64,000 nucleotides of DNA from the NCBI GenBank assembly GCA_964016885.1, contig OZ024742.1:196168001-196232000 (forward strand). Direction: 5' to 3'. The first letter of the stretch is position 1. Each line of letters starts with the position of its first letter. The notes beneath the pieces were generated by a model. The model did not search any database, was not told the DNA's origin, and saw only the letters and a list, made by a program, of their open reading frames with translations. The stretch comes from Eledone cirrhosa. Lineage: Eukaryota. Positions 1 through 15,269 of the stretch are shown one piece after another. A program made the position numbers and the translations under genes.

Positions 1-94
1 TATTTCTTGAATATTTGAAAAATGTATGCAATGTTTTTAATTGGAAATATGGTAACAAAAGGGTAAATTATTTGTAAACATCATATACTGTACT

Positions 95-691
<597 letters not shown>

Positions 692-839
692 TGATTGGTA
701 CACACACATGCACACTGCACCTTGTGCTAACTTGATGTCACCCATACAGCTGTGGATGGATACACAGGCAGACCTGTTGAAGGATGATGGTCACAACGTT
801 GCTTATTTCCTCGGTGCTCCATTCTGTCTCTTTCACTCT

Positions 840-3800
840 CACTCTCTATCTCACTCAATCACTGTCACCCTCTCTTTATCCTTCACTCTCACTCTCACAC
901 ACACACATTCACACTCTCTCTCTCTCTCACACACGCACACACATATCCCACACATACATATCTCTCTCACACACATCTCGTACATCCCTCTCACATACAT
1001 CTCTCTCTCACATACGTCCCTCTCTCACATACGTCTCTCTCACACATACATCTCTCTCTCACATACATCTCTCTCTCACATACATCTCTCTCTCACATAC
1101 ATCTCTCTCTCACATACATCTCTCTCTCACATACATCTCTCTCTCACATACATCTCTCTCTCACATACATATCTCTCTCACATACATCTCTCTCTCACAT
1201 ACATCTCTCTCTCACATACATCTCTCTCTCACATACATCTCTCTCTCACATACATCTCTCTCACACATACATCTCTCTCTCACATACATCTCTCTCTCAC
1301 ATACATCTCTCTCACACATACATCCCTCTCTCACATACATCTCTCTCACACATACATCTCTCTCTCACATACATCTCTCTCTCACATACATCTCTCTCTC
1401 ACATACATCTCTCTCTCACATACATCTCTCTCTCACATACATCTCTCTCTCACATACACCTCTCTCTCACATACACCTCTCTCTCACATACACCTCTCTC
1501 TCACATACACCTCTCTCTCACATACATCTCTCTCTCACATACATCTCTCTCTCACATACATCTCTCTCTCACATACATCTCTCTCTCACATACATCTCTC
1601 TCTCACATACATCTCTCTTTCACATACATATCTCTCTCACATACATCTCTCTCACATACATCTCTCTCACATACATCTCTCTCACATACATATCTCTCTC
1701 ACATACATATCTCTCTCACATACATCTCTCTTTCACATACATCTCTCTTTCACATACATCTCTCTCACATACATCTCTCTCTCACATACATCTCTCTCAC
1801 ATACATCTCTCTCACATACATCTCTCTCTCACATACATCCCTCTCTCACATACATCTCTCTCACACATACATATCTCTCTCACATACATATCTCTCTCAC
1901 ATACATATCTCTCTCACATACATCTCTCTCACATACATCTCTCTTTCACATACATCTCTCTCACATACATCTCTCTCTCACATACATCTCTCTCTCACAT
2001 ACATCTCTCTCACATACATCTCTCTCTCACATACATCTCTCTCTCACATACATCTCTCTCACATACATCTCTCTCGCATACATCTCTCTCACATACATCT
2101 CTCTCACATACATCTCTCTCTCACATACATCTCTCTCTCACATACATCTCTCTCTCACATACATCTCTCTCACATACATCTCTCTCTCACATACATCTCT
2201 CTCTCACATACACCTCTCTCTCACATACACCTCTCTCTCACATACACCTCTCTCTCACATATACCTCTCTCACATACATCTCTCTCTCTCTCACATACAT
2301 CTCTCTCTCTCTCTCACATACACCTCTCTCTCTCTCATACATCTCTCTCACATACACCTCTCTCACATACATCTCTCTCTCACATACACCTCTCTCTCAC
2401 ATACATCTCTCTCTCACATACATCTCTCTCTCACATACATCTCTCTCTCACATACATCTCTCTCTCACATACATCTCTCTCTCACATACATCTCTCTCTC
2501 ACATACATATCTCTCTCACATACATCTCTCTCTCACATACATCTCTCTCTCACATACATCTCTCTCTCACATACATCTCTCTCTCACATACATCTCTCTC
2601 ACACATACATCTCTCTCTCACATACATCTCTCTCTCACATACATCTCTCTCACACATACATCCCTCTCTCACATACATCTCTCTCACACATACATCTCTC
2701 TCTCACATACATCTCTCTCTCACATACATCTCTCTCTCACATACATCTCTCTCTCACATACATCTCTCTCTCACATACATCTCTCTCTCACATACACCTC
2801 TCTCTCACATACACCTCTCTCTCACATACACCTCTCTCTCACATACACCTCTCTCTCACATACATCTCTCTCTCACATACATCTCTCTCTCACATACATC
2901 TCTCTCTCACATACATCTCTCTCTCACATACATCTCTCTCTCACATACATCTCTCTTTCACATACATATCTCTCTCACATACATCTCTCTCACATACATC
3001 TCTCTCACATACATCTCTCTCACATACATATCTCTCTCACATACATATCTCTCTCACATACATCTCTCTTTCACATACATCTCTCTTTCACATACATCTC
3101 TCTCACATACATCTCTCTCTCACATACATCTCTCTCACATACATCTCTCTCACATACATCTCTCTCTCACATACATCCCTCTCTCACATACATCTCTCTC
3201 ACACATACATATCTCTCTCACATACATATCTCTCTCACATACATATCTCTCTCACATACATCTCTCTCACATACATCTCTCTTTCACATACATCTCTCTC
3301 ACATACATCTCTCTCTCACATACATCTCTCTCTCACATACATCTCTCTCACATACATCTCTCTCTCACATACATCTCTCTCTCACATACATCTCTCTCAC
3401 ATACATCTCTCTCGCATACATCTCTCTCACATACATCTCTCTCACATACATCTCTCTCTCACATACATCTCTCTCTCACATACATCTCTCTCTCACATAC
3501 ATCTCTCTCACATACATCTCTCTCTCACATACATCTCTCTCTCACATACACCTCTCTCTCACATACACCTCTCTCTCACATACACCTCTCTCTCACATAT
3601 ACCTCTCTCACATACATCTCTCTCTCTCTCACATACATCTCTCTCTCTCTCTCACATACACCTCTCTCTCTCTCATACATCTCTCTCACATACACCTCTC
3701 TCACACATACATCTCTCTCACATACATCTCTCTCTCACATACACCTCTCTCACATACACCTCTCTCTCACATACACCTCTCTCTCACATACACCTCTCTC

Positions 3801-6460
3801 TCACATACACCTCTTTCTAACATACATCTCTCTCACATACATCTCTCTCTCACATACATCTCCCTCACATACATCTCTCTCACATACATCTCTCTCACAT
3901 ATATCTCTCTCTCACATATATCTCTCTCTCACATATATCTCTCTCACATACACCTCTCTCTCACATACATCTCTCTCTCACATACATCTCTCTCTCACAT
4001 ACATCTCTCTCACATACATCTCTCTCTCACATACATCTCTCTCTCACATACATCTCTCTCACATACATCTCTCTCACATACATCTCTCTCACATACATCT
4101 CTCTCACATACATCTCTCTCTCACATACATCTCTCTCTCACATACATCTCTCTCACATACATCTCTCTCTCACATACATCTCTCTCTCACATACACCTCT
4201 CTCTCACATACACCTCTCTCTCACATATACCTCTCTCTCACATATACCTCTCTCACATACATCTCTCTCTCTCTCACATACATCTCTCTCTCTCTCACAT
4301 ACATCTCTCTCTCTCACATACACCTCTCTCTCTCTCATACATCTCTCTCACATACACCTCTCTCACACATACATCTCTCTCTCACATACATCTCTCTCTC
4401 ACATACACCTCTCTCACATACACCTCTCTCTCACATACACCTCTTTCTAACATACATCTCTCTCACATACATCTCTCTCTCACATACATCTCCCTCACAT
4501 ACATCTCTCTCACATACATCTCTCTCACATATATCTCTCTCTCACATATATCTCTCTCTCACATATATCTCTCTCACATACACCTCTCTCTCACATACAT
4601 CTCTCTCTCACATACATCTCTCTCTCACATACATCTCTCTCTCACATACATCTCTCTCTCTCTCACATACATCTCTCTCTCTCTCACATACATCTCTCTC
4701 TCACATACATCTCTCTCTCTCTCTGATACATCTCTCTCTCTCATACATCTCTCTCACACATACATCTCTCTCTCACATACATCCCTCTCTCTCACATACA
4801 TCCCTCTCTCACACATACATCCCTCTCTCACACATACATCCCTCTCTCACACATACATCCCTCTCTCACACATACATCTCTCTCACACATACATCTCTCT
4901 CTCACATACACCTCTCTCACACAAACACCTCTCTCACACAAACACCTCTCTCTCACATACATCTCTCTCTCATACACCTCTCTCTCACATCTCTCTCTCA
5001 CATACACCTCTCTCACATACATCTCTCTCTCACATACATCTCTCTCACACATACATCTCTCTCTCACATACATCTCTCTCTCACATACATCTCTCTCACT
5101 CACACATCTCTCTCACTCACACATCTCTCTCACACATACACATCTCTCTCACATACATCTGTCTCTCACATACATCTCTCTCACACATACACATCTCTCA
5201 CACATACACATCTCTCACACATACATCTGTCTCTCACATACATCTCTCTCACACATATATCTCTCTCTCACATACATCTCTCTCTCTCTCACATACGTCT
5301 CTCTCTCTCATACACCTCTCTCTCACATACATCTCTCTCTTACATACATCTCTCTCTTACATACATCTCTCTTTCACATACATCTCTCTTTCACATACAT
5401 CTCTCTTTCACATACATCTCTCTCTCACATACATCTCTCTCTCACATACATCTCTCTCACACATACATCTCTCTCTCTCACACATACATCTCTCTCTCAC
5501 ACACACCTCTCTCTCACATACATCTCTCTCACATACATCTCTCTCACACACACCTCTCTCTCACATACACCTCTCTCTCAAACATCTCTCTCACTCACAC
5601 ATCTCTCTCACTCACACATCTCTCTCTCTCACACCTCTCTCTCTCATACACCTCTCTCTCACATACATCTCTCTCTCACATACATCTCTCTTTCACATAC
5701 ATCTCTCTCTCACATACTCACATCTCTCTCACATACACCTCTCTCTCACATACACCTCTCTCTCACATACATCTCTCTCTCACATACATCTCTCAAACAC
5801 CTCTCTCTCACATACATCTCTCTTTCACATACATCTCTCTTTCACATACATCTCTCTCTCACATACATCTCTCTCACACATACATCTCTCTCACACATAC
5901 ACCTCTCTCTCACATACACCTCTCTCTCACATACACCTCTCTCTCACATACACCTCTCTCTCACATACACCTCTCTCTCACATACACCTCTCTCTCACAT
6001 ACATCTCTCTCACATACATCTCTCTTTCATATACATCTCTCTCTCACATACATCTCTCTCTCACATACATCTCTCTCTCACATACATCTCTCTCACACAT
6101 ACATCTCTCTCACACATACATCTCTCTCACACATACATCTCTCTCACACATACATCTCTCTCTCACATACACCTCTCTTTCACATACATCTCTCTCTCAC
6201 ATACATCTCTCTCACACATACATCTCTCTCACACATACACCTCTCTCTCACATACACCTCTCTCTCAAACATCTCTCTCACATACACCTCTCTCTCAAAC
6301 ATCTCTCTCACTCACACATCTCTCTCTCATACACCTCTCTCACGCATACATCTCTCACACATACATCTCTCTCTCACATACACCTCTCTCTCACATACAC
6401 CTCTCTCACATACACTTCTCTCACTTCTCTCACATACCCTTACATGTCTCACACACATAC
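840..6460. repeat. 5.6-kb satellite of 16/18-bp units (CACATACATCTCTCTCT) with higher-order duplications
   Basis: Directly visible. The plus strand has almost no G and no stop codons, which explains the spurious 1900-aa ORFs. Confidence 0.97.
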
Positions 6461-6561
6461 ATACACTCCCTTCTCTCTTTTTCTCTCCTATTACATACCC
6501 CAATGTTTCTCTATTTGTGTAAACATTAGCTAGTAGCCATATATGGTCCAGTATATATTTA

Positions 6562-6682
6562 GCTGACCTAACTGACCTCTAACATGTCACACCCTGGCTC
6601 AACTGACCTAACTGACCTCTAACAAGTCACACCCTGATCCAACTAACTTCTAATGAATCATAGCCTGACCTAACTGACCTCA
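6562..6682. repeat. Short degenerate ~40-bp tandem repeat
   Basis: ctgacctaactgacctc(t/a)a repeated about 3-4 times, twice followed by gtcacaccctg. Confidence 0.6.
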
Positions 6683-8010
6683 TCATAAGATATAACAGGT
6701 TACACCAGTCTCTTACATATGTACCACCGCCCTACCACCACCACCACCGGTCTAACTTAATTAGATCTAATTACTGGAAGAGGAGTAGTTGGGTGGCTGG
6801 CTACATAACAACTGTGTTTAAACCAGCCATAATCAGCTGCTCATACAAAATAAATATCAAAATTTCGTAGCTTCAATATTATGAGATAATTATGTAAGAT
6901 AAAGCCTTTACCATGGAAATATAATAGTAAATATAGAGTAATATAAATGCTAAAGGGTTAAACCTTTTATTACCTTATTTCCAAAGAAAAACTGCTTATT
7001 ATCAAATAATTTTGAATATATTCAAGGATTTGGAGAGATTTAGTAATATAATTAACTTTATCATTATTAAGCTGGTGTTTGGGACATAACTTAACAAAGG
7101 TTCTTACATAAAGCTATGATGGAAGTTTTCAGATAAATGTAAACAGTTTAAAATATTCAGTTCTGATCATACAAGCAGGTGTGGTGTCAGGTGGTTTGAT
7201 ATCAGAAAAATGTTTCATCATCATTATCATCATACATGTATTTTCTGTGCTTTGCATGGGTTAGATGGGTTGTTATGTTCTGAGGCTAAACTCCGTAAAT
7301 ATATGTGGGTGGTCTAAGTGTTTGTAAGTGTAATAGGCATCTAACAGTTTTCTTAAACTTGCTATCTTTGACCTCTTTTGGGAAAGATCTATGCCTGCAT
7401 CTAATTGGGTCACAAATTGGTAGAATCGTTGACACAGGATTAACCCTTTCCAGGCTGTATTTCTAATTAAATACACTCTTTCAATTCATTATTGAAGGAT
7501 TTTCAGGGATTTTCAGAACTTACCATTTCATTGCTACGATAGTAACTTAACATATAGATATTAAACATAATTATGTTGGAAGATATTAATTTAAATAGAA
7601 ACCCTTTAAAATGGTTGGTTTCATTTCTGGGTGGGTTGGTATCATAAAGTTTAAACAAATACTTTGCCATATTTGATTGGGTTCTCTGTATTCTAATTGT
7701 AAATCCTACCATGGTCAACTTTATCAAGGACCTGGGAACATCTCAGCCCCTCCTCTCTCTCTCCTTTTCTCTCTCTCTATACATATACACTGTATATATA
7801 TCCTAGTTTAACATTCACCACTACCATCAATTATGTTTTACAAATGTGTAAATATGTTATATATATAACATAACACTTTATATACTCACATGTTGTATAA
7901 TATAACGTTATATACACCCATGTGTTATAAAAATATATATAACAACACAATACACCTATATATATATATATCATCATCATCATCACCATTTAAATAGACT
8001 TTAAATGGTG

Positions 8011-8053
<43 letters not shown>

Positions 8054-8849
8054 CAGCATTATACACCTAATCATCCTCCCTATACAGAATTCTGAGTTTT
8101 TTTATTTTGTTTTTTTTTTTACCATTTTTCCATTTTATTAGGAATGGAATAAATTGTTTTCATTGTTTCTGTTATTTTTGTTGTTGTTTTTAATGTTGTT
8201 TGCTTTTGTTTATTCTTTTTCACCATCATCGTCATCATCGTCATCATCATGTCTACATTTCCATGCTGGCATGGATTAGACAAGACATTTTTGAAGCAGT
8301 ATTTCCTATGGCCTTTTGCTCTTCTTGATACCAATCCATGCTTTATTTCTTCTAAGTATGGCATATGTATATAGAATATGTATATATAACATTTACAATA
8401 ACCTTCCTTGAACTGCTAAAGTAGGTTGTGTGTTTATGCACAACATAAACCAATGTCACTGCTTGCTTTAACTCTTAACATCCTGTAATAATTTAGCAGA
8501 AAAATATCTGCTAGTGGCTACTAGTGGACAGATTGTTGTGAAAATTTACAGTATCAGAGTGAAGACTTTAATTTTTAATGTGATGCAGTCATAGTGTTTT
8601 GTACTTTTCAAGAATGTCTTGCTAATGTTGTTTCATATGGAATAGGACATTACAAGTTAAATGGTGTCGGTATGAATACACATTTACACATACATGCTCA
8701 TACATACATAAACACACACACATATATGTTTGTGTGTATATATATATCAGATCTAGCTGTCGAAATGGCTGGAGCTCAGCCGTCAGGGTCTTGAGTCTTT
8801 TCATATATATATATACATACTGTGTGTGTATATATTTGTGTTTACATAT

Positions 8850-8889
<40 letters not shown>

Positions 8890-10424
8890 GTATGTATATA
8901 TGTGTGTGTGAATGGGCTTCCTCACAGTTGCCATCTACCAAATGCATTCACAAAATATTGGACAGCCTGAGGCTATTTTAGATGCTTACCCTTGGTGTTA
9001 CCCAGTGGGATCAAAACCAAAACCATGTGATTAAAAAGTGAACTTCTTAACAATTACTACTAATACTATTACTGCTGCTGCTACTGTTGCTGATATTACT
9101 ACTGCTACTACTATTGCTGTTACTACTACTACTATTGCTGCTACTACTACTACTGCCACTCCTATATGTATGATATTTATATATTAAAAATATATAAATA
9201 TAATAATATGAAACCCAGTACTTTTTTTTTGGTAAAATCTATTTCATTGATTGTTGTTTGTCAAACCACTAAGTTACAGAACATAAACATACAGTAAATG
9301 TACACACACACACACTCACACAGATGAACATTTACATACACATGATATACAAGGGCCTTTTTTCAGTTTCCATCTACCAAATGACCTCTGTTGGTTTTGA
9401 AGATGAGTGCTCCAGTTGTTCAATAAAATTCTGGAAGTGGCTAACATTCCATAGACATGTATACCCATAACATAAATCTCAGGGAGATTCAGCATCTCGC
9501 AGTGTATGTGACAATTAAAGGTACAGTCTATCTGATTGGACTTCCAAACAGTTTCTGTCTACACAATTTTACTCACAAGACATGGTTCGACCTGAGGCTG
9601 TGGTAAATGAGTCTTTCCCAAGATGCTACTCAATCAGATTGAATCAGAGACTTAATAATTGCAAAGTGAATTCATTAATCAATTAGCCATGCAGTGTCCA
9701 CATCCATCTAGCAAATTCCACTCATATATGTTGATAGGAAAGGCATAGAAGTCTTGCTGAAGAAGGTGTTGAGGGGACCTTTTGTCAAGGACATGACAAT
9801 CAACCAAATGTTGGTGACCTTACATGACAAATACACCCAGTACATGCTGTAAAGTAGTTTAGTGATAGGAAGAGCATATAGCCATAGAAAGCTTGCAAAA
9901 CAAAGGATTGGAAGAACCCTTCAGTTGTGTCAAGGTGCCACAATAAAATACTTGGTGGAATGTGGGACTGTATGCAAACAAGAGGCAGGCATCCCCCACC
10001 TGTCCGGGAGGTCAGTACAATTGCTTCAGTATTCGCTCTGTGAAGACTCCTCCAACCCTTGCTACCAAGGAAAGCGGATGTTTAATGAGAATGATGATGA
10101 GGAAGAGGATAAAAACCTGGTAAGAGTCATTTGCCCAAGGTGCCACACAGTATGACCGAGTTCAAAACAATAATTTTTCTGCCAACATTGATGATGAAAT
10201 GTTTGAACTGAACAACTGAACACTCTCTACATTAATCTGATCAGTCTGGCAGAAGGACATGCTGAGGTCATACTGAGTAGCCATGTAACCATTCTTTCCT
10301 CATTAACTTATGAGGAGGAATATAATTGCTTTTAATATATGAATATGTGTGTGTGTGTATGTATATGAATGATGTATGTATATATGTGTGTATGCATATA
10401 TATGTGTGTGTGTGTATGAATGTA

Positions 10425-11397
10425 TCTAAAACAGAGAATGTCGGTCTGTCTGACTCCCTAACACTCGAGAACCACCCAACCGATTGTTTTCAAACTTTAC
10501 ACATGTAATACATGTAATACTTATAGTCCTGAGTGTTTTGAGCAAAAGATATTTCAAATTTTCAATGCCCTAGGACCGCATTAGGCGATTTAGCGATCTC
10601 TCTCTATAATTCTTAGTCTTTCTTTTTAGATAGATACATAGATACAACGTTGCGCCCTTATAATATCTGTCTGTATGTCTGGCTGTCTGCATTATGACAT
10701 TATGACGCTGTGTGTGTGTGTATATCTATGTATATATATATATATATAGTGTGTAATGTTTTTCGAAATATTTACTTCTGCGTTCACAGATTGATTTTTT
10801 AGTTTCAGAAGATCCCGTTAAGGGTGAAAGCAGCGATTCTTTGCTTAAACTTTAATCTGTTATTTTAATATATATATCATCATCATCATTTCATTTTACG
10901 TCCGCTTTTCCCTGCTTGCAAGGGTGGGACGGGAACTGATTCTGGCTTGATTTCTACAGCTGGATGCCCTTCCTAACACCAACCCCATTTACAGTGAGTG
11001 CTGGGTGCTTTTTTGTCGTGGCACCTCCACGACCACTTTGCAGTGGAATGATAGGGACTCCAGTCCCTATCATCTCATTTCTACAGCTGAGTAAACTGGA
11101 GCAATGTGAAATAAAGTGTCTTGCTCAAGGAAACAACACATCACCCGGTCTGAGAATTGAACTCACAACCTTTCAATTGCAAGGCCAATGCTCTAACCAC
11201 TAAGCCATGTGCCTCCATACATATATAGATATATAGATATATATATAATTATATATTCGTGTACAGATATTTTTGCATACACAATAACAAAATATAAACA
11301 AACGTATTTATTTCACGAGGTTCGATAAGGATAAATATATATCAAATATATAAGAACCCTAGAGCAAATCTCAAGCAACGCCGGGCCATTCTGCTAG
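10425..11397 (+). mobile_element. Probable non-autonomous Helitron carrying a nested SINE
   Basis: Starts A|TC at 10425 and ends gcaacgccgggcc-attctg-CTAG|T, a GC-rich subterminal motif plus CTAG inserted between A and T. No TSD. Confidence 0.55.
10878..11217 (-). mobile_element. tRNA-headed SINE family A (Meta/CORE-like centre, RTE-like (GAT)n tail)
   Basis: Minus strand: A box tggcttagtgg, B box gagttcaattc, centre ccttgagcaagacactttatttcacattgctccag, tail ggaagggcatccagctgtagaaa...(gat)n. Nearly identical to 43706-44047. Flanked by (TA)n. Confidence 0.85.
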
Positions 11398-11495
11398 TAT
11401 ATATGAATGCAAAAAATAAATGGAAACAACAAAGCAAACAGCACAGTACAATGAAGAAATGTATTAGTTTAATACTTGATATAGTAGGAAAAGAG

Positions 11496-11531
11496 TCTTT
11501 ACATTTCAGACACTAGTCCTTCATCAGAAGA
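11496..11531 (-). ncRNA. Degenerate minimal type I hammerhead ribozyme in a Penelope pLTR relic
   Basis: Minus strand TCTT-CTGATGA-AG-GAC tagt GTC-T-GAAA-T-GTA-AAGA. Stem I is TCTT/AAGA. CGAAACGTA appears CpG-decayed to TGAAATGTA. Confidence 0.55.
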
Positions 11532-11824
11532 TAGACTGAGAAATATAAAATGAAATAGGATAGAGAGTGAGATGAGGAAGAAATGAAAAAAAATTCTTCA
11601 AGACAAAGTATGTGTGTGTGTGTGTGTGTGTGTATATATACATATGTATGAGCAAGGCATGGTCACCTGACCTAGCTTTGCCCACAACAGGACAACTTGT
11701 CTAACCCATGCTAGCTTGGAAAAATGAATGTAAAACAATGATGATGATGATATATATGTGTGTGTGTGTATGTATGTATGAATGTACTATGTATGCATGT
11801 GTATATGTATATATATATATAAAT

Positions 11825-12090
11825 GAGGGCACTTGGTGGTAAGGGTGTTGAACTTACAATCTCAATGTCGTGGGTTTGATTCCTGGATTGGGTGGTGTGT
11901 GGTATCTTGAGCAAGACACTTCATTTCATGTTGCTCCAATATACTCAGCTAAAAATGAATACCAGCAGGAGCTGTAGGTTTAACCTTGTGATGCACTGGC
12001 ATCCCGTCCAGGGGGAAGTCATGTACTCTGATTTGCTTAACACCATGGAAACCAGAATAAGCACCATCCTGATGAGCCACTGAGCTCAAG
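11825..12090 (+). mobile_element. Older tRNA-headed SINE with the same central domain as family A but a different tail
   Basis: gggtttgattcc B box followed by cttgagcaagacacttcatttcatgttgctcca. Confidence 0.65.
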
Positions 12091-12714
12091 ACAGATTTTA
12101 GACTTTATGTATATATGTGTATATATGTAGATTCCTGAGTGGTGTCAGGGGTGGTAATTACAGTTAAAATAGTGACTCAGTATGTTGGTGGAGTATAGGC
12201 ATCTTTATTACATATAGAAATGACTTATACAGGACTAGAATTGTTTCGTTCCCATCAGATAAAATTGGTCAGTTCTTGTTGTTTATAGGTGTCTGTCCAG
12301 TGGTAGTTGAGGATGGGGGGGGGGGCTTTCCAATAATATAGGTATCTGGTGGTGGTGGTGGATAGAAAGAAGGAAAGAGGAGAGTAGAAAAGGAGAAAAA
12401 TCGCTTAATAAATTAGTGGGAGGAGAGGAAGAAAGAAGCAGGGAAAGATCAAGGGGAGGAAGAGGCAGAACAAGACTAGGGATATGAGATATAGGAGGCA
12501 GGTTTTATGGGTGGGGGTGGGGTTATTTCTTAAGAAAATCTTTTTTATGCATGACTAGTTTTGGGTCAAGTTGAACATTTACTACACTAACTCAGTGTGA
12601 GTGTGTGTCTGTGAAACATAGATATACACCAGGTCTAAACACAAAGGAACCAAACTTCCACTGTCACTGCCTCCATCTCTCCCACTCTTCTCATCTCTTA
12701 CTATTATGAGCAAA

Positions 12715-12903
12715 GGGCAGTGGATTGGCAGTATCTGTAGAGGGTCTGACGCCATGCTTTGCAGCAAAGAGTTACGGCCCTTTATGGTCTGAGTTCAAAT
12801 CCCGCCAAGGTTAACTTTGCCTTTCATCCTTACGGGATCGATAAAAGTACCAGTAATACACTGGGATAATTACTGGCCTTGTGCCAAAAGTAGAAACAAT
12901 TAT
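12715..12903 (+). mobile_element. SINE family B (Nin/Deu-domain-like, ~190 bp)
   Basis: gggcagtggattggcagtatc...gagttcaaatcccgcc..ggttaactttgcctttcatcc...gataaaagtaccag...agaaacaattat. About 15 copies occur in the window. Confidence 0.85.
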
Positions 12904-13365
12904 GAGCAAATGGAGGCCCACGTGCCGGTGGCCCCAGTGGGCAGAATAGAGAAGGTGTTTCCCCAGAGGATGGTGAGGGAGATGTGCTGGAAGAGCCATT
13001 CCAACTCACAAGGCTCACGCCTATGGGTAGCCAAGAACATCAGAAGTCTCCACAGTAATGGGTAGCCAACTCCGTGCTGAGTAAAGAGGCGGCCCTAGGG
13101 CCAAGGACACCAGAAGTCTCCATGTTTACTTAAAGAAAAGAAAATTCACGCATACTGGATTTTTCATGCTAAATTTTATGAAAAAGTTTGCCTAGTAGTA
13201 GTAATGGTTGCAGATGATTTTGTTGAAATTAATAAAGAATTTTATTAATAATGATAATGATAAATTGTCATGATAATAACTTTAAAACCACCTGCAATTA
13301 TAATGGTTATACACATTGCTATTTATTATTTATCACTATAATAGCAAAGTATCATAACAAACAAT

Positions 13366-13950
13366 AATAATTGTTTCTACTTTTGGCACAAGGCCAGCAA
13401 TTACTCAGTGTATTACTGGTACTTTATTTTATCGACCCCCATAAGGATGAAAGGCAAAGTTAACCTCGGCGGGATTTGAACTCAGAATTGCAAGGGCCGT
13501 AACTCTATGCATCAAAACATGGTGTCCGACCCTCTACCGATACTACCAATCCACCATTACAAACAATAATAATAGCATTTGTCATGAATACTATGATTAA
13601 TAAGAGCCAAGATACTCATAATATTTGCTATGATAGTAATAACTATAGCAATAACCATGCTAGTATAATCTTAACTATAATAAAGAAAAAAGTGCGGGAT
13701 TGCGTCCAGAATATATTTTTTTACCCCGTTTGAAAATAAGTTGGATTACTTTGAATAAATAATGGTTTCTACTTTAGGCACAAGGCCAGCACATACCCAG
13801 TGCATTACTGGTACTTTATTTTATCGACCCCATAAGGATGAAAAGCAAAGTTAACCTCGGCGGGATTTGAACTCAGAATGGCAAGGGCCGTAACTCTATG
13901 CTGGAAAGCATGGCGTCCGACCCTCTACCGATACTGCCAATCCACCACCC
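13366..13950 (-). mobile_element. Two SINE family B copies (13366-13555 and 13760-13950)
   Basis: Reverse complements of the family B consensus. Confidence 0.85.
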
Positions 13951-14649
13951 TTTGAATAAATAATGAATGAATATTACATAATTTATGTGCTAAATTTCAT
14001 GGCTGTTGATTAAATATATTTTATAGCTTATTTAAAGACCTTTAAATTTCACTTCTTTAAAATTTTCAAATGTCAACACTTCCGGTTAGCGGCCGTTATA
14101 TTATAACACTTATAAAAATATTGCATATATTTCCGTTGCTAATTTTCTCCTAATGCAGTTTATATATAATATCGTCTTTTTTTAAATGAATCATGGATTA
14201 CGTTACTGATTACAGAAGACAGTGTAACATAGACTTCGTTCAATTTCTGTGTATATTGTCAATTACGATTTTATTTGATGTATCATATCTACATGCATAT
14301 ATATTTGTGTATAATATCAATATACACACTACACATGCTACCAGAAAACCACCCGTAAAGGAAATAGTAACAGGAAATTAATAGTAACAAAAGTTGCAGT
14401 ACTGAATCTCTTGTAGCAAAATACAACTAAAGTATAATGAGAAAAATTAAATATAATAGTTAGATAAGGTAGTCTTTATGATAATGAGGATGATGAAAAT
14501 CATAATTTAGTAGTAATGGTCATATTAATGGTGATAATGGTGATCATCGTGATAACCGCAATAATAATAGTAGCAGTAGTAATAATTATCATCATAATTA
14601 CAGTTACAACCATCAATACGGTAGTGTGGATTGTATTAGGGGAGAAGGG

Positions 14650-15070
14650 TTAAAGGGGAAAGTCAAGTAATAAACAGCCGATCCGTCCTAACATTCTGGA
14701 TATAGAACCAGTTTATAATTTCTCTATGTTGCATTGATTTTGTGCACACAATTCAGGCATTATTCAGAGAGTTTGGCAAATAACATTTTGTAGCTCTTGG
14801 TGGTGCATAATCCACACTACTTATATCCACCCATGTATGAGCGTTCCTACTAGAATATCCTCCATTTTAGGGTAATGGGAATGGATTTCTTCTTTAGGTC
14901 CCAGACATGTGCAGCAAGTGCTGTTTGGTTGGCTTTGTCCAGTCTTGAATCTGTTCAATGTCGTAACAATGTATGCCTTTTTGGTGTTGTGTGTAATGAC
15001 ATCGCATTTGTTGTCACATGGGAATGTGTCTGTTTCGACAGTTGAACAGTTCCTCTGTGTCACTGTGGGT
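14650..15070 (-). mobile_element. Possible degenerate C-terminal fragment of a restriction-like-endonuclease non-LTR retrotransposon (R4/Dong/NeSL-like)
   Basis: Minus-strand peptide STCCTCLGPKEEIHSH...HHQELQNVICQ..ELC...LLLDF loosely resembles the CCHC knuckle, RH and WDF motifs. Several stops present. Confidence 0.3.
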
Positions 15071-15269
15071 TCTGGAAGTTGTGGACTTGTTCATTTTAGA
15101 TATATTCTTGGCCAAGTTAGGTGTGGCTGAGTAAGAAAGCCTAAGTGTATTCCTAGTGAGGATAATGTAGCACTTATTTGTGTAGGCAAATGCTTTTTTT
15201 TTAGTAATGTAAAAAGGATCCTAGTGACTGGTGTGGACACCACTCTGTTAAAGGGGAGAGGGGGGGTCG

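Noticed and set aside
7273-7476. 67-aa minus-strand ORF as a possible next GRK exon
   Set aside because: No resemblance to GRK exon 6 or the kinase domain, and no convincing splice sites.
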